NCBI RefSeq assembly: GCF_018350175.1
Contig: NC_058368.1
Span: 149,794,001-149,858,000, forward strand
Direction of reading: 5' to 3'
Length of the DNA: 64,000 nucleotides
Origin: Felis catus
Lineage: Eukaryota
The notes under the pieces are model-generated. The model did no database searches, had not been told where the DNA came from, and saw only the letters and a list, made by a program, of their open reading frames with translations. Shown in pieces: positions 1 through 13,783 of this stretch (position 1 is the first letter of the stretch; each line of letters starts with the position of its first letter). Made by a program: the position numbers and the translations under genes.

Positions 1-949
1 TTATTAACTTTGTCACTAATTACATTATAACCATGGGTGAGTCATTTTTTCTTAATAAACTTAGGGGTGAGAATTGCAGAGATTAGTTATGTACAGAGTG
101 GTTGCTGACGAGGACCCAGATATTTTTTACAATATTTGTATGAATAGTAGAGCAGTGTAGTAGGTGCTTAATTTAAGGGATAAAAAAATGAGTTGGATGC
201 CTTTTTCTCAAGTCTCTCTTTCTGGGCAGTTATAGATCTAGTAGGAAGTTAAGTAAACCAACTACTCTGATTCAGGCTAGATTAAGATAAATATCATGAG
301 CGAAGTATGAGCAAAGAGTCATGGCCTTTAAAAGAATAAGAAATTTATATAATTAGGGTCAGTAAGTCTTTGAGGAAAAGTAGCAAGTATGTTATCCCGG
401 CTGCTTAATTTATTTTCTAAACATGACCTTTTTGGTCCCCACTCTCTTTGCCTAATGATTATATCAGGTAAAAAAGACTTAAAGGTTAAATGAGTATAAA
501 CTTTTGGCCCCAAGAGAAGAGTCTGTCCTACTGAACTCTTAATTACTTACTTGTGGTCTGGAAGGGGATTGAAGGAGGTGTCTGTAGTTACTGGGAATAC
601 AGAGCACGGCCAAAGGCTGGAATTGGTTTGGGTCATTGATAGGTACTTTGGGGAAATTAGGAAAGCATTATTGACAGAGATAAAAAGAAAAAGGACAGCT
701 GTAAATTAGGAAGAAGAAAGGGAAAGCAAAATGCAGGCCTTTCTGGTTGCTTTACTCTTCTCTTTTTACTGGCCTTTAGGGGGATGACAGACTGCCTTTA
801 AGAGCAGCTCTAATACCCAAAAACAATACCTTGGTAGTGGTGAGGGGGACTTATGACAGTATTAATAATAACTGTTACTACTGCTGACATTTTTTGGTTG
901 CTTGCTACCAAACAAGAACTGTTCTAATTGGCTTACATGTGTTGGTTTA

Positions 950-1400
950 GTTATATATTGCTTCACTCCAAAACTAAATGTTTATCTGTTCTTGATTCTA
1001 AAGTTGGCAAGGCTTGATGGGGACTGCTGCATGTGTCATTTGTTGGCTATCGTATCGAAGGTGGCTTCTTAATGATGCCTTAGCTGGGACGGCTGGAACA
1101 GCTGATGGATAGCCGGGACTATGGCTGCCTCTCTCCTTGTATACCCTTCATGCAGCCTTCCCCCTTAATTAGCTTGAGCTTCTCTACAACATGGCAGCTG
1201 GGTTTGCAAGGGAGCATGTCAAGAGGGCAACAAGCCTCATTGTGCCAACACGTATCGAGTCTCTGTGTTCTTCAGTGTTTGCTGATGTTCCAATGGCCAG
1301 TGCTAATAAACATGACCCAGTTTAGAGTTAGTATGGGTGGGACTGCATCACTACCGGGAGGTGAGATTTGTTGAGGGCCTCAAAGTAACAGCCTACTTCA
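950..1400 (-). mobile_element. Old MaLR LTR (MLT1-type), degraded
   Basis: Motifs agctgggacggctggaacagctg, cttctctacaacatggcagctggg and end cctacttca resemble reverse-complement MLT1 LTRs (recall). Confidence 0.55.
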
Positions 1401-2124
1401 TATGTTACTCATTTACATGTAATACAGATAATACTAGGATAGGAGTGGTGAGGAATGAAGTGGGAGAAAGGGCAAGTACTTAGAAGTTCTTCCCTTAGGC
1501 TTGACATGGTAAATTGTCTTTCATTAAATGATTCAGATAGCCTCACAGTGGATTTTGCTTCTGACCACCATTATCTTAATTTTAAAGCAAGTTATGGAGA
1601 ATGGATGCTATTATCGCTCATTGTTTGAATGGTCAGTGTATGTATGGTAGGTGTATCATCTTGAAATCACCTGCAGTACATTTCAATTGTGGGCTAAGTT
1701 AGAAACAGTTATCAGATACAATTTACTGGTAACTTCTCCCTATGTCTAATCATTATATCAACAAGATTTGGGGCATAATTTTAGGCATTTCAGTTATTTT
1801 TGTGAATAAAACAATGAACATTTTAGGGGGCAGAAATATAAAAGAATGTACAGTCTACTTGAAAGATGAGGCATTAATGACAGAGACATAAGATGAGAAA
1901 ATTAATCTTACAGATGTGTGGTGCAGATACATTTTTCAAATTAGGAGATAGTTGTGGAAGGGTTTAAAGAATGAAAGTATCTGAATGAATAAATTGAAAT
2001 TTCATACTGTAATCCTCTTAGTGGAGTTTTACAGAAAGTTTGATTAGTTTTTGTAGTATTGTTTATTTGATATTATAATCATAAAAGTGGTATTCATAGA
2101 TACATAGTGTTTAAGTGATAGATG

Positions 2125-2440
2125 AAACTCTCATTTGCCGAGATGCAGAAGCAGACTGGCAGACAGCCCGTATGCAGAACTAGAGTGGTTTGGTTCAAGT
2201 CACATAGCTAGGTAGTGGCAGAACTGGCATAGAATCCAGTTCCCATAATTTTTCAGATATGTTTAGATTTGAGAAATATTTATAATGAATTTGGGTGGGG
2301 GGAGGAAGGCAGAGGCCCAGGATTGACTAGTCCTTTACTCTTTGCTGGGCACTTTACATAGATTATTTTGTTTAACTCTCACAGCTACACAATGAGAATA
2401 GATATTCTCCTCATTTTTAGTGTTCAGAAAACTGAGTGAT
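2125..2440 (-). mobile_element. MIR fragments
   Basis: caagtcacatagctaggtagtggcagaactggcatagaatccag and ctcatttttag...aaaactgag are MIR core-like. Confidence 0.55.
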
Positions 2441-2556
2441 GGAATTCTAATACAAATATTATACTTTTTCCTTTGTCTTGCCTCCTTCCATTAAGTATAA
2501 TACGCACTATGCACACTCATAGAAAACATATACTTAAAGGCTGGCTGGTCACTGAG

Positions 2557-2928
2557 TATTATGGACTGAATTCTGTCCCATTAAAACTCCTAAGGTTGAA
2601 GCCCTAACCCCCATGTGGTGATTTATGTATAGGGCCTTTAAAGAGGTAATTAAGATTAAATGAGGTCATAATGGTGCGTCCATAATCTTGTTGGACCTTA
2701 TAAGAAGGGGAAGAGATACCAGCAGTGCACATGCACAGAGAAAAGGACAAGTGAATTCACAGTGAGAAGGTGGCCATCTGAAGCCAAGGAGAGTGGCCTG
2801 ATTAGAAAGCACCTCTGTTTTCACTTTAACTTGGACTCAGCCTCCAGAACTGTGAGAAAATAAGTTTTTGTTATTTAAGCAATTCAGTCTGTGGTATTTT
2901 GTGAAGGCAGCGCAAGCTGACTGATAGG
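2557..2928 (+). mobile_element. MaLR solo LTR (MLT1A/B-like)
   Basis: tattatggactgaa...gggcctttaaagaggtaattaag...cagcctccagaactgtgagaaaataag...gtctgtggtattttgt, characteristic of MLT1. Confidence 0.8.
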
Positions 2929-3359
2929 ATACACTAGATAACCTGCCTCTTTAAAAATGGCTTTGGGTGATTTTGGAGCAGATTAGATGCACATTTACTA
3001 CTTGAGAAATAAGGTCCTCATTTTTTTTTTTATTCCTATCTTTCACTGTAGAAAAGAAAAACTTCCCTTATACTTTACCTTCTTTTCTTATGTGTTAGTG
3101 ATGTCTACCCTGTGTTGAAAGATGGAAAAATTATTTAAATGCATGTCTGATTATTATAGTGTGAAAAGATCCTACATATGACCATGAGTGGTAGCCAGGG
3201 AAAATCCTGTGGGGGAGACATTACTCTAGCAAAATTTCTGTATTCACTCTGTGTTCATTGTTGTATTATTCATTGTTACTTTTTCATGTATGTATACGTG
3301 CATATCTTTATTATTATTATTTTGTCTGGATGTCAGTAAGATAAATTACCTGCTCAGTG

Positions 3360-3540
3360 TTTATCAAGCTAGATTATCAGTTTATTACAAAAGATATAAC
3401 TCAGGAACAGTCAAATGGAAGAGAATCATGGGACAAGTTATGTAGAAAAGGGTACAGAGCTTCTGTGCTGTCACGGGGTATTCCACTCCTCAAACCACTC
3501 TCCCACCTCCATGTGTTCACTACCTGGAAGCTCTTTCAGT
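3360..3540. mobile_element. MER21-like ERVL LTR fragment
   Basis: gtttattacaaaagatataactcaggaacag...cacctccatgtgttcactacctggaagctct resembles MER21-family LTR (recall). Confidence 0.5.
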
Positions 3541-4612
3541 GTTACTTTTGAAATTGTCTTTCTCCTATGTATCTGTCTGAAGCTTAAGGGAGAGACCTAG
3601 AGATCTCTCTTTGTAGGTTCAACCTGCTAGACTGCATTCACAGCTAAAATGCTTGTATAATAGACCATGTCTCTTCTCCATCCATGTCTATCTATCTGCC
3701 TATTGATTTGTCTCTCAGATTTTAAAATTAAACTTTTAATTTTGAGGTAATTGTGTAATTTCACATTTAGTTGGAAGAAATAATACAAAGTATGTGTCCT
3801 TCACCATTTTTCCTTAGTGGCAACATCTGGTATGACAACTAGGAAATTGACATTGATTTCGTTGGCTCGGCATACAGTCATGTGTGTGTCTTATATGTTT
3901 AGTGTGCATTTAGTTGTGTGCAGTTTTATCACATATGTAGATTTGTGTAACCATCACCTCAGTAAATATAAAGAACATTTTCATCACCACCCGGGTTCTT
4001 TGTGCTGCCTTTTTATAACCAAGCTCACCTCCTTCCTCCTCTCCCTCATCTCTAATTCCTGGCAGCCACTAGTCTGTTTTTCCTTTTGTTGCTTCAAAAA
4101 ATGTTATCAAACAAAGAAACAAAACACAAAAAAAACTACGTTGTACAGCTGGAATCATATAGCATGCAACCTTTTAGGACTAGCATTTGTTTTTCAACAT
4201 AATTCCCTCAAGATTCATTCAAGGTGTTGCATGTATCAATATTTTGTTCCTTTTTGTTTGCTGAGGGGTATTTCATGGTATGGATGTAGGACAGTTTAGC
4301 CATTCACCCTTTGGAGAACATTTGGATTATTTCCAGTTTTGATTATTAGGGAAAAAAAGCTGCTATGAACATTTGTGTTTATGTTTTCACGTGAAAAAAA
4401 AGTTTTCATGAGTGCACTTGGCTGGATTCTGTGGTAATTGCATGTTCAGTTTTATGAGAAACTGCAAATCTGTTTTCTAGAGTGGCTGTATCTGTTTACA
4501 TTCTGACGAGCAATGTATGAATGACGCAGATTCTCTATATACTCACCAACATTTGATATGGTCATAATTTTTTATTTTAGCTATTCTCATAGGTGTTTAG
4601 TGATCTCACTAT

Positions 4613-4782
4613 GTTTTTTGTTGTTGTTTTTTGTTTTTTTTTTTGAGAGTGTGTGGATAGAGGATCTGAAGCGGGGCGTGGTGGGGGAGTCTCCCTGATG
4701 ACAGCCGAGAGCCTGATGTGGGGCTTGAACACAGTAACCATGAGTTCATGACCTGAGCCTGAAGTCTGAGCCACCTGGGTGC
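4613..4782 (-). mobile_element. Can-SINE (degraded)
   Basis: T tail ... catgacctgagcc..tgagccacctgggtgc. Confidence 0.75.
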
Positions 4783-5040
4783 ATTGGTTGTAATTTGTAT
4801 TTCTCTAATGGCTGAGGATGTTAAAAATCTTTTCATATGCTAACTTGCTATCTGTATGTCCTGTTAGGTGAAATGTTTGTTCGTACCTTTTTCCCATTTT
4901 CCAAATTGGGTTGTTTTATTGTTGAGTTTTGAGAATTCTAAATATTAGTCATTTGTCTGCTATGTGCAAATACTTTTTTCTGTTCGGTAGCTTGTCTTTT
5001 TTTCCTTTTAACAAGGTCTTTCTATGTGAAAAAGTTTTAA

Positions 5041-5218
5041 ATATTTTAAAGTTTATTTATTTATTTTAAGGCAGTGCAAGCAGAGGAGGGGCAGAGGAAG
5101 GGAGAGAGAGAGAATTCCAAACAGGCTCTCATCAGGCTTGAACTCCTGAACCATGAGAAAATGACTTGAGCCGAAATCAAAAGTCAGATGCTTAACCGAC
5201 TGAGCCACCCAGGTGCTC
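5041..5218 (-). mobile_element. Can-SINE
   Basis: tttatttattttt..gagagaga..cttaaccgactgagccacccaggtgc; TSD aaaagtttt. Confidence 0.85.
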
Positions 5219-6321
5219 TAAAAGTTTTTAATTTTGAGGAGACTTAATTTATTAATATTTCCTTTTGTAGGTTGTGCTTTTGGAGGCAAGTCTAAGTAAG
5301 AACTCTTCACCTAGCTAGGTCTCAAAGGTTTTCTACTATGATGTTTTATAAAAGTTTTATAGTTTAATGATTTAATGTTAAGTCCATGATCTATTTTGAT
5401 TTCATTTTTATAAGAGATAAGATGTTTAAATTGAGGTTCCTGTTTAGCCTATGGATATTCAGTTGCTCCAGCACCATTTGTTGAAAAGGTAAATATCCTT
5501 CCTTTATTGAAGTGGTTTTGTACTTTTGTCAAAAATCAATTGGCCATGTATGTGTGGCTTTACTACTGGGTTCTCTGTTGAGTTCTCTTCGTTTATATGT
5601 CTCTATCTGCTAATATCACACTCTTGATTACTATAGCTGTGTAGTAAACCTTAATATCAGGTAGAGTTGTTCCTCTCACTTTTCAATATGGTTTAGTTAT
5701 TTTAAGACTTGTGTCTTTACATAAAAATTTTATAACAAGCTTATCCATATTTGGACCAAAGCATGTCCACACTTGTACAAAAACTTTGCTGAGATTTTCA
5801 AAGGAATTGTATTAAACCTATAGATCAGTTTGGGAATTGATATCTTTGCTATATTTAATGATATGCCTTCATTTTTTTAGGTCTTCCTTGATTTCTTTAA
5901 TCAGTGTTTTGTAATATCAAATCCTAATGTATACTAATTGTTAAATTTATACTTAATTATAATGTTTTTTTTCTCTGGAGCAATTTTGTGAATATTGTTA
6001 TGTTTTTTATTTCATTTTCCACATGTTCATTACTAATACATAGAAATAAGATTGATTTTTGCATTGGTCCTGTACTCTTTGACCTTGCTAAAATTACCTT
6101 TTAGTTTCTAGAGGTTTTTTTAACAGATTCCTTGGAATTTTCTATATAGACATGTCAACTGCAAATAGGGACAGCTTTCTTTCTCATCTGTATACCTTTT
6201 ATTTCTTATTGTGGTGGCTAGAACTTACAGTTCTGTATTGACTAGGAGTGGTGAGAGCAGACATCCTTGCTTTGTTCCTTGCCTTAGGTGGAAAGCATTT
6301 AGTATTTCATCATTAAGTATG

Positions 6322-6524
6322 TTTTGTTTTAAATGTTTATTTATTTTTGAGAGAGAGAGCAAGTGGGAGAGGGGCAGAGAGAGAGGGAGACACAGAATCC
6401 ACAGCAGGCTCCAGGCTCTGAGCTGTCAGCACAGAGCCTGATGCTGTGCTGGGACTTGTGAACCATGAGATCATGACCTTAGCCGAAGTTGGATGCTTAA
6501 CTGATTGAGCCACCCAGGCACCCC
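6322..6524 (-). mobile_element. Can-SINE (SINEC_Fc-type)
   Basis: caggctccaggctctgagctgtcagcacagagcc...gagccacccaggcacccc. Confidence 0.9.
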
Positions 6525-7134
6525 AAATATGATGTTAAGTATAGGTTTTTGGGGGGTGTAGTTGGGTAGATCCTCTATCAAGTCAAGGTAGGTCACCTGT
6601 CTGCCTAGTTTCATTGAGAATTTTTATTATGAATGGATGCTGGATTTTGTCAAATTCTTTTTCTGACTCAATTTATATGATAGGATTTTTTTTCTTTAGT
6701 TTGTTGATATTGGAGATTACGCTGATTTTTTTGTTTTAATGTTGAACCAGCTTGTGTACATGGAATAAATTGCATGTGGTTTGGATGTGTAATGTTTTCA
6801 CATATTGCTGGATTTAGGTTGTTAATTTGTTTGAGAATTTTTGTGTCTAAGTTCATGAGAGATACTGGCTTGCAGCTTGTGGTATCTTTGTCTTGTTTCA
6901 GTATATGGGTAATTCTGGCATCACAGAACGAGCTAGGACACTTTCCTTCCTTTTCTAATCGTTAGAAGAGTTTGTGAAGTATTGGTATTCTTTAAATATT
7001 TAGTAGAATTCTCTGGTGAAAACATCACAGCCTGGGATTTTTTTCTTTTGTTTTTGAGATTTAAAATTATGAATTCATTTTTTAGTGATTATAGGATTAT
7101 ACATAATATTTGTTTTGGTTGAATTTTGATAATA

Positions 7135-7630
7135 CAAATGGTCCCTGACTTAAGATTTTTCGACTTTATGATGGTGTGAAAATGATACGCATTCAATAGA
7201 AACCGTACTTGGCATTTTGATTTTTTCCTGGCCTTAGCAATATGTGGTAGGATTCTTTCTCGTGATGCTGGGCAGCAGCAGTGAGTCATAGCTCCCTGTG
7301 AGCCATGCATTCACGAGGGTAAACAGCCACAACTGATACACTTAAAAAGAATTCTTTACCCTTAAAACCATTCTGTTTTTCACTTTCAGTATAGTATTCA
7401 ATAAATTACATGAGGTATTATTCAACACTTTTTTTTTTAAATAAAATAGGCTTTGCATTAGATGATTTTGCCCAATTATAGGCTAATGTGTTTTGAGGAT
7501 GTTTAATGTAGGGGGGCTAAGCTGTGATGTTTAGTAGCTTAGGTACATTAAATGCATTTTTGATTTATGATATTTTCAACTTACAGTGAGGTTATTGGAT
7601 ATAGCCCTATCATAAGTAGAGGAAGGTCTG
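7135..7630 (-). mobile_element. Tigger-family non-autonomous element (MER47-like)
   Basis: TA dinucleotide on both sides (7133-34, 7631-32); degenerate TIRs caaatggtccctgacttaagat / atcataagtagaggaaggtctg. Confidence 0.75.
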
Positions 7631-8692
7631 TATGTGGTTTTTGAGGAATGGATTCATTTGTTTTAATTAGTCTAATTTCGGAGCAAACTTGTTTCTATTT
7701 CCTAATTATCCTTTTAATGGCTCTACAATGTTCAATTATATTTTCTTTAATGCTGATGTTGATCATTTATATCTTCTCTCATTTTCGTTTTGTTGGTCTT
7801 GCTAGAGATTTATCAATTTTATTAATTTTTTCAAAGGATTAGCTTTTTCATTGATTTTTCTCTGTGGTTTTCTTGTTTTCTGTTTTACTGATTTTTGCTT
7901 TTATTTTTATTATTTCCCTTCTTATTGCTTTGGGTTTATTTTATTCCTATTTTTTTTAGTTTCTTGAGGTAAGGATTTAAGGTGATTGATTTGAAACTTT
8001 TTCTTTTTGCTCATGTTATAAGCTCATGTAATAATGCTCTACCTTTTCCTCTTGGCACTGCTTTAGTTGTGTCACACATCTTTTGATGTTGTGTCTTCTA
8101 TGTTGTCTTTTCATTTTTTATTCAATTCTGTGTTTCTTTTTTAATTAGAGAATTATTCTTTGATCCATGGATTGTTTAGAAGTGTGTTAGTTTAATTTCC
8201 AAGTGTTTTGGGATTTACTGGTTGTCTTTTTGTTATTGATTTCTAGTTAGAGTCCATTATGGTCAGAGAACATACTCTTATGATTTCAGTACTTTAAATT
8301 TGTTGAAGTTTGTTTCATGGCCCAGAATATGGTCTGTTTTGGTGAGTGTTCTGTGGATGTTTGAGAACACAAACAAACAAAAAGTATGTGGCTATTTTTT
8401 GGTGAAGTGTTCTATATATGTCAGATCCTTTTGGTTGATTGTGTTCTTCAGAACTTTTAAATCTTTGCTGAGTTTCTGTTTGGGATTTCTGTGGTCTCTG
8501 AGAGGGGGATCTTGAAGTTTCCAACTATAATTTGTCTATTTCTCTTTTCAGCTCTATCAGTTTTTCATGTATTTTGATTGGTGTGTGTCATTTAGAATTG
8601 TTATGTATTCCTGATGGATACATCCTTTATCAGTATATAATGTTCTTTTGTTTTTAGCAATTGCTTTTGCTTTAAAGTTTACCTAATATTGA

Positions 8693-8907
8693 GGGGCGCC
8701 CGAGTGGCTCAGTTGGTTACGTGTCTGAATTCAGCTCAGGTCATGATCTTATGGTCGGTTCGTGGGTTTGAGCCTCATGTTGGCCTCTGTGCTGACAGCT
8801 CAAAGCCTGGAGGCTGCTTTGGATTCTGTATTTCCCTCTCTGTCTCTACCCATCCCTGCCTCGTGCTCTGTCTTTCAAAAATAAATAAGCATTAAAAATT
8901 TTTTTAA
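8693..8907 (+). mobile_element. Can-SINE, sense
   Basis: ggggcgcccgagtggctcagttggtt...aaaataaataa; TSD aaagttta. Confidence 0.9.
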
Positions 8908-9104
8908 AAAGTTTATCTCCTGCTTCTATTTTGTTTACATGCATCTTTCCTCATGCTTTATCATGTCATTTTAAGTGAGTTAATTATAAACAGGCTGTTT
9001 ATAAAAAGCCACTTGGATCATTCATTCCTAAGTCCACACTGCCAACATTTGCTTTATTCGGTGTATTTTAACATTTATAGTAATTGTTGATGTGAGGGCT
9101 TTTT

Positions 9105-10035
9105 TTTTTAAGTTTTTACTTTAATTCCAGTAGTTTCAGGTGTACAATATAGTGATTCAGCAATTCCATACATCACTCAGCGCTCCTCACTTGCAAGTGC
9201 AGTGCACTCCTGAATCCCCATTATCTATTTAACCCAACCCCTCACTCCCCCTTGCCTTGGGTAACCATCAGTTTGTTCTTACTAAGAGTCTTACTAAGTA
9301 AGAGTCTGTTTCATGATTTGTCTCCCTCCCTTTTTTTCCTTTCTGTTTGTTTGTTTTGTTTCTTAAATTCCACATACGAGTGAAATCATACGGTGTTTGT
9401 CTTTCTCTGATGGACTTACTTGCTTAGCATAATAATCTCTGGCTCCATCCATATCGTTACAAGTGGCAAGATTTCATTCTTTTTTTTATTGGTAAATAAT
9501 ATATATACAATTTTTTTGCATATAAATACCACTTTTTCTTTATCCATTCAGCAGTCAGTGGACACTTGGGCTGCTTCAGTGTCTTGGCTACTGTAAATAA
9601 TGCTGCTTATAAACGTAAGGGTGCATGTATCCCTTTGAATTGGTGTTTTTATATTCTTTGGGTAAATACCCAGTAGTATGATTGCTGGATCGTAGAGTAG
9701 TTATATTTTTTAATTTTCTGAGAAGCTCCATACTGTTTTCTACAGTGGCTGCACCTGTTTGTATTCCTCACCAGCACCTGTTTTTTCTTGTGTTGTTGAT
9801 TTTAGCCTTTCTGACAGGTATGAGGTAATAACTCATTGTAGTTTTGATTTTCATTTCCCTGGTGGTCATTTTGAACATTTTTTTATGTGTCTGTTGGCCA
9901 TCTAGGTGCCTTTTGGAGAAATGGCTCTTTATATCTTCTGTCCATTTTTTATTGGATTATTTGTTTTTTGAATGTTGAGTTTTATAACTTCTTTATATAT
10001 TTTGGATACTAACCCTTTCTCAGATATGTCATTTA
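9105..10035 (-). mobile_element. Carnivore L1 3' fragment nested in older L1
   Basis: T-tail, ggtaaccatcagtttgttct, ggtaaatacccagtagt; short flanking duplication agggctt. Confidence 0.75.
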
Positions 10036-10369
10036 GTCTTAGGGCTTCTGCCATTTTGTTTTCATTTCTTGTTTTTTTCTCTATCATTTCTTTGTTTCTC
10101 TCTTCTTTTTATGGGTTACATGAACATTTGTTGTTTCACCCTGATAATAATTTTCAAGTTTATCACTTTGTGTAGTTTTCTTAATGGTTGCACTGGATAT
10201 TAAATATTAAAATATTTATATGTAACTTACTGCAGTCTATTGGTATAAAGTTTATCAGTTTGAGTGACGTGTGGAAAGAACTTCTCCATTTAGATTCTTT
10301 TACCCTCTCATTTTGTAAATATCATTGTTTTGAATATTTCTCCATACATTGAGCCCTGATCAGGTGGTG

Positions 10370-11385
10370 TGAATATATTTTTGTTTTGTGCTGAAATATA
10401 CATGACATAAAATTTAGCATTTTAACCTTTTTTAAGTGAACAGTTCTGTGGCATAAAGTACATTCACATTGATGTGCAGCCGTTACCCATCCATCTCTAG
10501 AACTTTTCTGTCTTGCCCAACGGAACTCTGTACCCATTCAATACTAACTTCCCATTTCCATCTCTCCCAGCTCCTGGCATCCACCATTTTACTTTGTTTT
10601 TATGAATTCGATTACTCTAGGTACTTCATGTAAGTGGAGTCATACAATATTTGTTCTTTTATGACTGACATTTCAATTCATATAATGTTTTCAAGGTTTG
10701 TCTATGTTGTAACATTTATTGGAATTTTCCTTTTAAGGTTGAATACTCTTCTAGTTTTCTCCCACATTTTGTTCTGGCATTTACCTGTTAGTGGACACTT
10801 GGGTTGCTTCTACCTTTTGCCTTTTGTGAGTGATGCTGCTTGAACATGGAGCACAAATATCTTTTCAAGTCCCTGCTTTCATTTTGGGTGTGTACCTAGA
10901 AGTGGAATTGCTGGATCACATGTTAATTCTGTATTTAAGTGTTTAAGGAATTGTCATACCATCTATGGTAGTGTCTGCACCATTTTACAGTCCCACCAGC
11001 AATGCACAAGGATTCCAATTGCTCACCATTAGTTGTAATTTTCTGTTCGTTTCTCCTCCTCCTCCTTTTTCTTCCTCTTCATAGTAGGTGTCCATAATGA
11101 GCTATCTCACAGTGACTTTGACTTGCACTTCCCTAATAAATGAGCATCTTTTCATGTGCTTATTAGCAATTTGTAATATCTTATTTGGAGAAATGTCTAA
11201 GTCCTTTGTCCTTTTTTAAATCAGTTTTGTTGTTGAAATACAGGAGTTCTTTATATATTCTAGATATCAACCTTTTTCAGATAAATGGTTTGCAAATAAT
11301 TTGCTTCTATTCTCTGAGTTTCCTTTGTGCTCTGTTGATAGGGTCTTTTGATGTACAGAGGTTTTTAAAATTTGGATGAACTCTA
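10370..11385 (-). mobile_element. L1MB-like 3' fragment nested in older L1
   Basis: aagtgaacagttctgtggcataaagtacattcacattg, ctagaagtggaattgctggatca. Confidence 0.7.
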
Positions 11386-12546
11386 ACTTACTTCATCCCT
11401 GTCAGCTTTGGTTTTAAAACCTCTTGAATAGAAGGGTAATCTATTGAATCCACAGTTTTTACTGATATTCTTGCTTTTCCCATTGTTCTTTCTTCTATCC
11501 TAATGTTCTCAGATTCCTTCTGTGATCATTGGAAAGAACTTCCTTAGCTGTTTTCAAAGGATACATTGCTAATGACAAATTAAGTGTTCCTTTGCCTGTT
11601 TATGTCTTTATTTCCCCTTCATTCCTGAAAGATAGTTTTGTCAGATATAGAATTAATGGTTGACAGTTCTTTTCCTTGAGCACTTGAAAAATTTTTGTTA
11701 CTATTGTCTGACCTTTGTGGTTTCAGATGAGAAATCTCTTATTTGAATTCATATTCTCTTATCGGTACTGCATCCTTTCTCTATGGTTGCTTCCAAGATG
11801 TTTTCTTTATTTTCAGATGTGAAATAATATGGCAAGGTGTAATTTCTGTGGGTTACCTGTTTGGGGTTCTCACTTGAGTCTGTAGGTTTTTGTTTTTTTC
11901 AAAAATTGGAAGTTTTCAGCCATTATTTTTATGAATACATTTTCAACTCTACCCTCTTTTTCTTCCTTTTATGGGACTCCATTGATAGGGAGTGGTATAT
12001 TTCATTATTGCTCCATAGATCTTTGAGTCTTTGCTAGTTTACATTCAGTAAATTTTCTCTTGTTCAGATTTGGTAAATTTTATTGATCTGTCCTCAAATT
12101 CACGAATTCTGCCCTTTATAATTACTACTTTTGAGCCCATCCAGTAAGTTTTTTTTTTCCTTTATAGTTTTCAGTTCTATAATTTCTAATTGTTTTTTAT
12201 AAGTTCTTTTTCTTGGCTTAGGTTTCCTTTTTTTTTTTTTTTGTCTTTTTCAAGATAATTTTAATTGAATGATGAAGAATTTTTATGATGGGTGCTTTCA
12301 GATCTTTGTTAGATAATTCTAATGTGTAATTCATATCAGTTTGGCTTTTGTTGATTGTCTTTTTCTCTTCCAGTAGTGATTTGGTTCTTGGTATGATGGG
12401 TGATTTTTGATTGTTGGACATTTTTAAATTACCTTTCTCCCTAAGACTGATTCATATATTTTTATTGCAGAAACTTTGCAGACTTGGAAAATACAAAGAA
12501 AAAAATCACTCTTTTGCTACCAAAAGTAGCTAGTGCTTTTTGTATA

Positions 12547-12548
<2 letters not shown>

Positions 12549-12589
<41 letters not shown>

Positions 12590-12855
12590 CACACACACAT
12601 ATACATACATACATATAAAGGAACTATGTGTATATTTCCATCCCCCCAATATACTTATAACTAATACTTTTAGATATAATATATAATATATATGTATGTG
12701 TGTGTATATTTATATATATATATACAATATACATATATATATATACTATACACACACACATATTACACACAATATATATACACATATGTACACATATATA
12801 TACATGTATACACACAATATATACATATATACATATATATACACACAATATATAC

Positions 12856-12896
<41 letters not shown>

Positions 12897-12900
12897 TATA
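12549..12900. repeat. Compound (TA)n/(CA)n low-complexity tract
   Basis: Direct reading; source of the spurious YI/HT-rich ORFs. Confidence 0.95.
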
Positions 12901-13062
12901 TAAAAAGTATATGCAGAAATTGAAGTAAGAGTTTTAGGTAACTTTCTCAGATCACAAAGCTCTCAAATGATTCAAACAAAGCTTTTGACCCATAGGTCTG
13001 TACTGTAAACCACTATGAAACACTCTGCTATGTTAATTCTTTTTTAAACCATTTAAGATAGG

Positions 13063-13254
13063 TTTTTTTTTTAATGTTTTATTTATTTTTGAGGAGCACA
13101 AGTGGGAGAAGGGCAGGAGAGGGGGACAGAGGATCTGAAGTGGGGTCTGCCCTGATAGCAGCAAGCCCAATGGGAGCTCGATCTCTCAAACCCTTAGATC
13201 ATGACCCTAGCTGAAGTCAGAGGTGCTCAACTGACTGAGTCACCCAGGTGCCCC
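13063..13254 (-). mobile_element. Can-SINE
   Basis: ...actgactgagtcacccaggtgcccc. Confidence 0.85.
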
Positions 13255-13571
13255 TAAGAGAAATGTTTCAGTAGGAGAATGAACTTCTTTGAGGAGGAAT
13301 CATCAATAAATTTATAACATTCTTAAAATATTTTGAATAATGTTTTAGTAATTCAACATTTATGTTTATAAATATTTGAGTTTGTTTATACATACATGTA
13401 TTTTGAAAGATTACCTTACATAGTAAAGAGCTTTTATACCTCTATTAATGCATTCACATGGATAGTTAAATACATGAATACTTCTTTAAATTTGAATGGA
13501 AAGCAATAATAGGCCTTTTTTTTTTCCCTTTATAGGTTTGTATCTCCTTTCAAGAGCATTAGTGTGTTTTT

Positions 13572-13783
13572 ATTTTTATTATTTTTTTACTTATTTTTGG
13601 GACAGAGAGAGACAGAGCATGAACGGGGGAGGGGCAGAGAGAGAGGGAGACATAGAATCGGAAACAGGCTCCAGGCTCTGAGCCATCAGCCCAGAGCCTG
13701 ACGCGGGGCTTGAACTCCCGGACCGCGAGATCGTGACCTGGCTGAAGTCGGACGCTTAACCAACTGCGCCACCCAGGCGCCCC
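13572..13783 (-). mobile_element. Young CpG-rich SINEC_Fc
   Basis: ggaccgcgagatcgtgacctggctgaagtcggacgcttaaccaactgcgccacccaggcgcccc; TSD tagtgtgttttt. Confidence 0.92.

Larger units (their letters stand above)
3720..12420 (-). mobile_element. Large decayed L1 (L1M-type), antisense, with nested SINEs, Tigger and younger L1s
   Basis: T-rich sequence with reverse-complement L1 motifs (tttctagagtggctgta, cagcaccatttgttgaaaag, ggtgagagcagacatccttg, ttccattatggtcagagaacatact); no long ORF. Confidence 0.85.

Noticed and set aside
3817..4299. Longest ORF in the track (160 aa)
   Set aside because: Antisense to an old L1 3' region, non-ATG start, no recognisable domain.
8693..8770. tRNA-like A/B boxes as tRNA genes
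   Set aside because: These are the tRNA-derived heads of Can-SINEs, followed by CT-rich bodies, A tails and TSDs.
12624..12928. YI/HT-rich ORFs
   Set aside because: Translations of TA/CA repeats.
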